In this document: positions 38,626-44,819 of the stretch, in pieces
How the letters are laid out: each line of letters starts with the position of its first letter
Numbering within the stretch: the first letter of the stretch is position 1
NCBI GenBank assembly: GCA_040081625.1
Contig: JBEBGD010000037.1
Location: 1-44,819 of the forward strand
DNA: 44,819 nt
Direction: 5' to 3'
From: Chthoniobacteraceae bacterium
GTDB lineage: Bacteria; Verrucomicrobiota; Verrucomicrobiia; Chthoniobacterales; Chthoniobacteraceae
The notes under the pieces: model-generated
Databases searched by the model: none
What the model was told of the DNA's origin: nothing
Seen by the model: only the letters and a program-made list of their open reading frames with translations
Program-made: the position numbers and the translations under genes

Positions 38626-39726
38626 TCAGCGGCGCGATTGCAGAATCCGCTGCGCCTCGGTGACGACGACGCCTTGAAACGTCATGCGCAGCAGGTCGGG
38701 ATTCGCCGAGTGTGCGAGCGCTTCCTCGCGGCTGATCTTTCCATCGCGCGCCAGCGCCATGAGCGACTGGTCGAAGGTGTGCATGCCGTCCGCGCCGGAA
38801 AGTTCCATCGCACCGCGGACTTTCTCGAACTGCTCCTCCTCGATGAGGCGCGCGATGGATGCAGTATTAAAGAGCACCTCGGTGGCGGGCAGCAGGCCGC
38901 TTTGCGCGGAGCGCACGAGCCGCTGGCAGACGATGCCGCGCAGCGTCTGGGAAAAAAGCTGCCGCGCAAAGCCGCGCTCGCCGGCGGGGAAGAACTCGAG
39001 CAGCCGCTGGATGCTCTGCACGGCGTCGCTGGTGTGGAGCGTGGCGAAGACGAGCCGCCCGATATTCGCCGCGCTCATCGCGGCGCGCGCGCTCTCCGCA
39101 TCGCGCATCTCGCCGATCACGATCACGTCCGGGTCCTGCCGGAGGACGCGGCGCAGGCCGGTCTCGTAGCTGTCGGTGTCGAGGCCGATCTCGCGCTGCT
39201 CGATCACGCACTGCGCGTCCTCGAAAAGGAATTCGATGGGGTCCTCGAGGGTGATGACGTGGCGGCGTTCGTTCCGGTTGAGGTGGTCGATCATCGCCGC
39301 GAGCGTCGTGCTCTTTCCCGAGCCGGTCGCGCCACCGAGGATGACGATGCCGCGCTTTCCCCCGGCCATCTTCCCGAGCTGCGCCGGGAGGTTCAGCTCC
39401 GCAAAGTTGCGGATGACGCTCTTGACCAGCCGCACGGCGATGGCGGGCAGTCCGCGCTGCGTGTAGGCGTTCACGCGAAAGCGGCCGAGACCCGGCTCGC
39501 TGAAGGCGAAGTCGATCTCGCGATCATCCGCAAACTCGCGCCGGCGCGCCTCGGGGAGCAGGCCGTGCAGCACGGTCTTGAGCCACGCCTCCGTCGGCTT
39601 CGACGACTCGGCGACGATGAGCTGGCCATCGACGCGCACGAGCACGGAGGCGTCGGGCTTGAGGTGGATGTCGGATGCGCCTGCATCGACGGCGGCGCGG
39701 AGGATGGCGTGGAAGGTGGCGTCCAT
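38626..39726 (-). CDS. pilT: PilT/PilU-family type IV pilus ATPase (divergent His box)
   Basis: GASDIHL, GRFRVNAY.QRG, GATGSGKSTT, ITLEDPIEF, LRQDPDVIVIGEMRD, ATLHT, GMHTFDQSL. PilT versus PilU is not resolved. Confidence 0.85.
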   Translation of the reverse strand: MDATFHAILRAAVDAGASDIHLKPDASVLVRVDGQLIVAESSKPTEAWLKTVLHGLLPEARRREFADDREIDFAFSEPGLGRFRVNAYTQRGLPAIAVRLVKSVIRNFAELNLPAQLGKMAGGKRGIVILGGATGSGKSTTLAAMIDHLNRNERRHVITLEDPIEFLFEDAQCVIEQREIGLDTDSYETGLRRVLRQDPDVIVIGEMRDAESARAAMSAANIGRLVFATLHTSDAVQSIQRLLEFFPAGERGFARQLFSQTLRGIVCQRLVRSAQSGLLPATEVLFNTASIARLIEEEQFEKVRGAMELSGADGMHTFDQSLMALARDGKISREEALAHSANPDLLRMTFQGVVVTEAQRILQSRR

Positions 39727-39732
39727 GGGTGG

Positions 39733-40350
39733 CTAGCGCGCGGCGTCGAGGATCGCGTCAAGGTTGTCGAAACAGATCTGCGACCACGTCTCCATCGCGT
39801 CGCGTCGCGCGGCGAGGCCGGCGCGGTCGAGGAATTGCAGGTCGGTGATCATCGCCTCGCCTTTCGCGACGTCTTCACTCTCGAGGCGGAAGACGTGAAC
39901 GACGCCGAGATGGACGCGACCGACTTCGTTCGAGTCGTCATTGAGCAGCGCGACGATGTGATCGGAATACTTCGAGCCGAGCCGCAGTTCCTCGCCGACT
40001 TCGCGCTGCACGCCGCCGACGTAGGCGGCGAGATCGACGGCGAAGAGCCCCTCGTCGTGATCGTTCATGTGCCCGCCGATGCCGATGGAGCCCTTGGCGA
40101 CGAGCCGCTGCTCACCGGCCTTCTTTCCGCGGACGTAGTGCAGCACGCGGTCGCCGTGGACGAGCAGCACGTAAGGGATGATCTGCTTGAGCGATGGATC
40201 GGTCTCCGCCGGACCGCGCGGGGTGAAGAAGTTGTTCGCGCGATCGAGCAGCGCGGGCAGGAAGCGATCGGCCTCGAAGTTGAGGCCCTGGAAGGCGCCG
40301 AGCCGGTCGAAGAGTTCACGCCGGACGACGAGGATCATTTCTTCTTTCAT
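39733..40350 (-). CDS. Nudix-like predicted phosphoesterase (COG4112-like)
   Basis: AETDPSLKQIIPY, GEQRL, SIGIGGHMN, REVGEEL, NDDSNEVGRVHLGVV, ETWSQI. Confidence 0.85.
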   Translation of the reverse strand: MKEEMILVVRRELFDRLGAFQGLNFEADRFLPALLDRANNFFTPRGPAETDPSLKQIIPYVLLVHGDRVLHYVRGKKAGEQRLVAKGSIGIGGHMNDHDEGLFAVDLAAYVGGVQREVGEELRLGSKYSDHIVALLNDDSNEVGRVHLGVVHVFRLESEDVAKGEAMITDLQFLDRAGLAARRDAMETWSQICFDNLDAILDAAR

Positions 40351-40402
40351 CGCGCGCACCATCGGCGAGGCGGAGCGCGGAGCGCCAGCGGGAAAATCGC
40401 CG

Positions 40403-40430
40403 TGGACATCACAAGCCCTCTCACTACCTT
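40403..40430 (+). promoter_or_regulatory. Sigma70-type promoter of tRNA-Gln
   Basis: TGGACA-N16-TACCTT followed by CCGCGC. Confidence 0.55.
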
Positions 40431-40449
40431 CCGCGCCCCGCTCCCAAAG

Positions 40450-40523
40450 TGCCAGATGGTGTAACGGTAGCACAAACGACTCTGACTCGTTTTGTCTAGG
40501 TTCGAATCCTAGTCTGGCAGCCA
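40450..40523 (+). tRNA. tRNA-Gln (anticodon CTG), CCA encoded
   Basis: TGCCAGA/TCTGGCA acceptor, anticodon arm AACGA-CTCTGAC-TCGTT, T-arm CTAGG-TTCGAAT-CCTAG, 3' GCCA. Confidence 0.96.
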
Positions 40524-40552
40524 CTCCACCGACCGGGTAACGTGCGCGCCGC

Positions 40553-41707
40553 ATGAACCGAATCCACGAAGCCCGACTGAAGCTCCGCCGCGAACTGGAG
40601 GCTCCACCCGCACTTCGGAAGTTCGGCAGCGGATGGATCAGCGGGGTGCTCGGCATCGTGCTCGGGCTCGGCTCGCTCGGCTGCGTGCTGATGATGCGCT
40701 ATCCGGGGCTCTTCACGATGCCGGAGTTCGCGGGAGTTCACGCGAGCCCATTCTTCCGACCGGCCTTGTTCACGTTGCTTCTGCTCGCGTTCTGCTCCGC
40801 CTTCCTCAGCCTCGTGCTCCGCGAGGGCAAGGCGCTCGGCATCGCGGGAATGGCCGCGACCTTGATCGCCGTGATGCTCGGCGGGTCCACGGCTCACGCG
40901 GTCGCCACGGACGTGACGCCGCTCTACCTCGGGCTCGATTTCTTCGTGCTCCGAATCCTGTTCACCGGCCTGATCTTCATCCCGATCGAGACCATCGTCC
41001 CGCACCGGCCGGAGCAGGGAATCTTCCGCTACGAGTGGCGGGAGGATTTGTTCTACTACCTCGTGAGCAGCCTGCTGGTGCAGGTCTTCACGTGGCTGTC
41101 CTTCATCCCGGCGAACACGCTCTTCGCGATCACGTCGTGGAGTGAGTTCCGCGCGTGGATCGCGGCGCTGCCGTTCGCGGTGCAGTTCCTCGCGGTGATG
41201 TTCCTCACCGATCTCGTGCAGTATTGGCAGCACCGCGTCTTCCACCGGATTCCCGCGCTGTGGCGCTTCCATGCGGTGCATCACTCGGCGCAGGCGATGG
41301 ACTGGATGGCGGGCGCGCGGATGCACTTCCTGGAAATCCTCGTGCTCCGCAGCACGACGGTGATCCCGATGATCGTGCTCGGCTTCAGCACCGGAGTGGT
41401 GAACGCCTACATCTTCGTCGTCTATCTCTACGCGACCTTCGTCCACTCGAACCTCGGGCTGCGCTTCAAGCTCATCGAGAAGGTCCTCGTCACTCCTCGC
41501 TTCCACCACTGGCATCACGGCATCGAGAAGGAGGCGATCGACGTGAACTTCGCGGTTCACTTCCCGCTGCTCGACCGGGTCTTCGGGACGCATCACATGC
41601 CCGAAGACGGCCGCTGGCCGAGCGGATACGGCATCGGCGGGCATCCCGTGCCGAAGGGATACTGGCAGCAGTTCCTGCATCCCTTCCGGCGCAAGCCGCG
41701 GAGCTAG
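40553..41707 (+). CDS. Sterol desaturase / fatty acid hydroxylase family membrane protein
   Basis: His boxes YWQHRVFH, FHAVHHS, FVHSN and FHHWHH, LDRVFGT, several TM segments. Confidence 0.92.
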   Translation: MNRIHEARLKLRRELEAPPALRKFGSGWISGVLGIVLGLGSLGCVLMMRYPGLFTMPEFAGVHASPFFRPALFTLLLLAFCSAFLSLVLREGKALGIAGMAATLIAVMLGGSTAHAVATDVTPLYLGLDFFVLRILFTGLIFIPIETIVPHRPEQGIFRYEWREDLFYYLVSSLLVQVFTWLSFIPANTLFAITSWSEFRAWIAALPFAVQFLAVMFLTDLVQYWQHRVFHRIPALWRFHAVHHSAQAMDWMAGARMHFLEILVLRSTTVIPMIVLGFSTGVVNAYIFVVYLYATFVHSNLGLRFKLIEKVLVTPRFHHWHHGIEKEAIDVNFAVHFPLLDRVFGTHHMPEDGRWPSGYGIGGHPVPKGYWQQFLHPFRRKPRS

Positions 41708-42456
41708 CGGAACTGCGCGAAGATCTCGTTGGCCTGCTCGAGGGTTTCCTTGCTGCCCACGTCGAACCACGTGCCGGGCACGCTCCACGTCTGCACCGGC
41801 GTGCGCGGGTAGAGCCACTGCACGAAGCGGCCCGGCTGGTCGGGGTTGTTGCCCGCGACGATGTAGGTGGGGATCGAGGAGACGGTTTCCTTCGGGTAAT
41901 AATAGAGCGCGATGCCGATGAGCGTGCTCTTGGGCTTGGGCGGCTTTTCCTCGAAGCTCGTGATGACGCCGCTCTCATCGACCGCGACGACGCCGTATTT
42001 CTTCGCCTCGTCGAGCGAGCCGACATCATAGACGCCGAGCACGGGCTGGTTCTTCTCCGCGCAGAAGCGGCCGAATTCCCCGAGGCTCTCGCTGAAGAGA
42101 TTGTCGCCCGCGACGACGATGAGGTCGCTGGAGGCGAGATTCTCGCGGGCGATGACGAGATTGATGTCGCCGATGGCGCCGAGCTTGTCGGCGTCGCTGG
42201 TGGAGCCGTCGTTGATGATCTCGAAGGCGAGCTTCGGGTGGGTCTGGTTATAGCCGTCGGCCCACGCCTGGAAGCTCGCCGCGAACTTCGAGTTGGTGAC
42301 GACGAAGACTTTCTCGATGCCTTCGATCGGCGCGAGGTTGTCGATGACCCATTCCATCATCGGCTTGCCGGCCACGTCGAGGAGCGGCTTGGCTTTGTCG
42401 AGCGTGAGCGGATGAAGGCGCGTGGCGTAGCCGGCGGCGAGGATCAGGACATTCAT
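41704..42456 (-). CDS. Sugar-phosphate nucleotidyltransferase family protein
   Basis: ILAAGYATRL.PLT...KPLL, VAGDNLF, YGVV, EEKP, WFDVG. Confidence 0.93.
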   Translation of the reverse strand: MNVLILAAGYATRLHPLTLDKAKPLLDVAGKPMMEWVIDNLAPIEGIEKVFVVTNSKFAASFQAWADGYNQTHPKLAFEIINDGSTSDADKLGAIGDINLVIARENLASSDLIVVAGDNLFSESLGEFGRFCAEKNQPVLGVYDVGSLDEAKKYGVVAVDESGVITSFEEKPPKPKSTLIGIALYYYPKETVSSIPTYIVAGNNPDQPGRFVQWLYPRTPVQTWSVPGTWFDVGSKETLEQANEIFAQFR

Positions 42457-42559
42457 GAAGGCGCGGTCTTTCGCGCCTCGCGGCGCGGGTGTCCAGCGCG
42501 AGTGCGGGGCGGATTGCGGGTTGCCATCGCCGCTCACCTGCGGCACGGGGCGCGGCTTC

Positions 42560-43150
42560 ATGCCCTTCCACGATTTCATCCGCGACACCGCCGGCTGGCA
42601 GACGCACAAGACGCAGCCGCTCTTTGAAAACCCGCACCTCGCAGTGCATCGCGTCCAGGTGACTTCGCCGACACGATCGGTGCCGTTCGAGTGGCTCGTG
42701 TGCCATCGCAAGAGCGCCGTGGTGATCGCGCCGATGCTGGCCGACGGCCGCTTCCTGCTCGTGCGCCAGGAGCGCGTGCCGATCCGCGCGACGATCTGGG
42801 AATTCCCCGCCGGTCAGATCGAGGACCACGCGGAGCCCGAGGCCGTCCGCGCCACGGCTGAGCGCGAGCTGCGCGAGGAGTCGGGCCACCACCTCGCGCC
42901 AGGCGGCGAGTGGATCGACCTCGGCCATTTCTTCCCCAGCTCCGGCTTCACCGACGAGCACTCGCACCTGCTCCTCGCCCGCCCGGTGATCCCCCACCCC
43001 GACGGGACCGAGCTGGATGAAAACGAGGCGATCACCGAGGCGCGACCTTTCACACCGGCGGAGCTGCGCGCGATGATCGCGAGCGGCGAGGTGCGCGACG
43101 CGAACACGCTCGCGGCCTTTGCGCGCATGGTCGCGATGGGTCTGTTGTAG
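42560..43150 (+). CDS. Nudix hydrolase (ADP-ribose pyrophosphatase-like)
   Basis: LVRQER.PI...WEFPAG...AERELREESG, SSGFTDE, DENE, DANT. Confidence 0.9.
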   Translation: MPFHDFIRDTAGWQTHKTQPLFENPHLAVHRVQVTSPTRSVPFEWLVCHRKSAVVIAPMLADGRFLLVRQERVPIRATIWEFPAGQIEDHAEPEAVRATAERELREESGHHLAPGGEWIDLGHFFPSSGFTDEHSHLLLARPVIPHPDGTELDENEAITEARPFTPAELRAMIASGEVRDANTLAAFARMVAMGLL

Positions 43151-43261
43151 GCGACGGCGGAGAAATTCCCTTTCGCCCCGCGCCCCGCTCGCCAATATCC
43201 GCGCCCCGCAGCGCATCCGGGCAGCCAAAGAAACCCGGCCTCCGCGCGATTGCCCGATCGA

Positions 43262-44110
43262 ATGCTTTTCAACATCCTCACCAAGCTTTTCAGCCTCCGC
43301 GAGAAACGTCCGTCCGACCAGCGCGACGAGAGCGGCGACATCGTGAAGCCCTTCCTCGATCACATGGAGGATCTGAGGTGGGTCGTGATGAAGGTGCTCC
43401 TGGTGCTGGTGACGGCGATGGTCGCGTCGTTTTGGAACCGCCAGGAGCTGATGCAACTGCTCCAATACCCGCTGCACATCGCCGACCCGACCGGCGAACT
43501 GGCCAAGACCATCCGAAGCGACAACATCATCGATTCCTTCATGATCAGCTTCAAGATGGCCTTCTACGTGGGGATCATCGTGGCGCTGCCCTTCATCCTC
43601 TATTTCATCGCCGACTTCGTGCTGCCGGCGCTGACGAAAAAGGAGAAGCGGGTGCTCATCCCCGGATTTCTGATCGGCGTCGTGTTCTTCTCGGCGGGCG
43701 CGTCGGCTTCCTATCTCTACATCACGCCGCACACGCTCGCGTTCTTCTGGAAGGACGCGACGGAGGTCATGGGACTCAACACCCTCTGGACGTGGCGCAG
43801 CTACATCAGCTTCTTCACGTGGCTGACGATCGGCTTCGGGCTCATGTGCGAAGTGCCGCTCATCGTGATGCTGCTCGCCGGCTTCGGCATCGTGAACTAC
43901 AAGCTGCTCTCGGCCACGCGCAACTACGCGTATGTCGCCATCCTCGTGCTCGCGGCGATCGTCGCGCCGACGCCGGACCCGATCACCTTCCTCATCCTCG
44001 CCGCGCCGATCATCGCGATGTATGAATCGTGCATCTGGATCGTGTGGGCGCTCGAGGGCCGCAAACGCAAGCGCGAGAAGCAGGCGGCGGTGAATGAGCT
44101 GGTGAGCTAA
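43262..44110 (+). CDS. tatC: Twin-arginine translocase subunit TatC
   Basis: PFLDHMEDLR, F.LPAL..KE, FGLMCEVP, AAIVAPTPDP, MYESCI. Confidence 0.95.
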   Translation: MLFNILTKLFSLREKRPSDQRDESGDIVKPFLDHMEDLRWVVMKVLLVLVTAMVASFWNRQELMQLLQYPLHIADPTGELAKTIRSDNIIDSFMISFKMAFYVGIIVALPFILYFIADFVLPALTKKEKRVLIPGFLIGVVFFSAGASASYLYITPHTLAFFWKDATEVMGLNTLWTWRSYISFFTWLTIGFGLMCEVPLIVMLLAGFGIVNYKLLSATRNYAYVAILVLAAIVAPTPDPITFLILAAPIIAMYESCIWIVWALEGRKRKREKQAAVNELVS

Positions 44111-44151
44111 GATTCCCTCGCCGCGGTCCGTATCCGGGATAGAACACCCGC

Positions 44152-44697
44152 ATGGCCGCAAACGACGCGACCGACGTCGCCACACTCCTCGAACGCTACG
44201 AGCGCCCGCTCGTGCGCTTCGCCATGAGCATCGCCGGCGATCTCGATAGCGCCCGCGATGTCGTGCAGGAGACTTTCATCCGCTACGTGCGCGATGAGTC
44301 GGCGCCGCGAGGGCCGGGCTCGCAGGATCACATCGAAGCCTGGCTCTTCACCGTGTGCCGCCACCGCGCGATCGATCATCGCCGCAAACATTCACGCATC
44401 ATTCCCATGCCGCTGCTCATCGAGCGCGCCGCCGAGACGCCCGATCCCGCCGCTGTCGCGGAAGGCCACGACACCGAGGGCGCGCTGCTCCGCCTGCTCG
44501 ACGGGCTCACGGAAAACCAGCGCGACGTGATCCGGCTCAAATTTCAAAACGACCTGAGCTACCGCGAGATTTCGGAGATCACGGGACTGAGTGAAACCAA
44601 CGTCGGCTTCCTGCTGCACACCGGATTGAAAAAACTGCGCGACCTCGTGCGCGCCGCGCCGGACTTCGCCGACCTCGCCAACCGCCACACCGCATGA
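44152..44697 (+). CDS. ECF RNA polymerase sigma factor
   Basis: DVVQETF, AWLFTVCRHRAID, QRDVIRLKFQNDLSYREISE. Confidence 0.93.
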   Translation: MAANDATDVATLLERYERPLVRFAMSIAGDLDSARDVVQETFIRYVRDESAPRGPGSQDHIEAWLFTVCRHRAIDHRRKHSRIIPMPLLIERAAETPDPAAVAEGHDTEGALLRLLDGLTENQRDVIRLKFQNDLSYREISEITGLSETNVGFLLHTGLKKLRDLVRAAPDFADLANRHTA

Positions 44698-44735
44698 ACG
44701 CCAACGACCCACGCATCACCGCCCACGCCCTCGGC
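44694..44735 (+). CDS. N-terminal fragment of a probable anti-sigma-type gene (truncated)
   Basis: ATGA overlap with the sigma stop. MNANDPRITAHALG resembles the 'L.AYALGEL' starts of anti-sigma/VWA proteins, and the resemblance stops after ALG. Confidence 0.5.
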
Positions 44736-44819
44736 CTCGTAGCGGGCGCTGGGGTTGGTGATGATTTCCACCCGTTCGATGAGGCTGCCCTGCAACTGCT
44801 GCAAGCCCGCCGCACCGTT
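44727..44819 (-). other. Internal fragment of a TonB-dependent receptor plug domain (likely chimeric end)
   Basis: The minus strand reads NGAAGLQQLQGSLIERVEIITNPSARYEAEG, a typical plug motif. It breaks off before the expected G(I/V)INI. Confidence 0.7.

Overview
GC-rich bacterial window whose gene content points to the PVC superphylum, probably Verrucomicrobiota (inference from the PSD1/PSCyt cytochrome-c proteins, DUF1501, DUF1080 and the PVC-type CxxCH dehydrogenase). Most of it is ordinary chromosome: two GT4 glycosyltransferases, a MacAB-like ABC exporter operon, three Nudix proteins, an SDR, an alpha/beta hydrolase, a PilT/PilU ATPase, a sterol-desaturase-family protein, a nucleotidyltransferase, tatC, an ECF sigma factor, tRNA-Arg(CCT) and tRNA-Gln(CTG). 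Two accessory patches stand out. (1) At 9.4-15.8 kb, a minus-strand unit runs HTH gene -> helical protein with a Trp-rich leader -> array of 13 near-palindromic 16-bp units (GGTGAAT-NN-ATTCACC, 5-6 nt unique spacers, some units inverted) -> small collagen/fibre-like protein. REP/MITE debris, a lower-GC two-component system and vapBC follow it. (2) At 32.9-33.9 kb, an integrase-less integron-like remnant (attI-like site, one cassette, degenerate attC) lies next to a second, degenerate 21/42-bp periodic array. The last ~85 bp look like a chimeric join to a TonB-dependent receptor gene. All family assignments come from reading motifs by eye; no searches were run.
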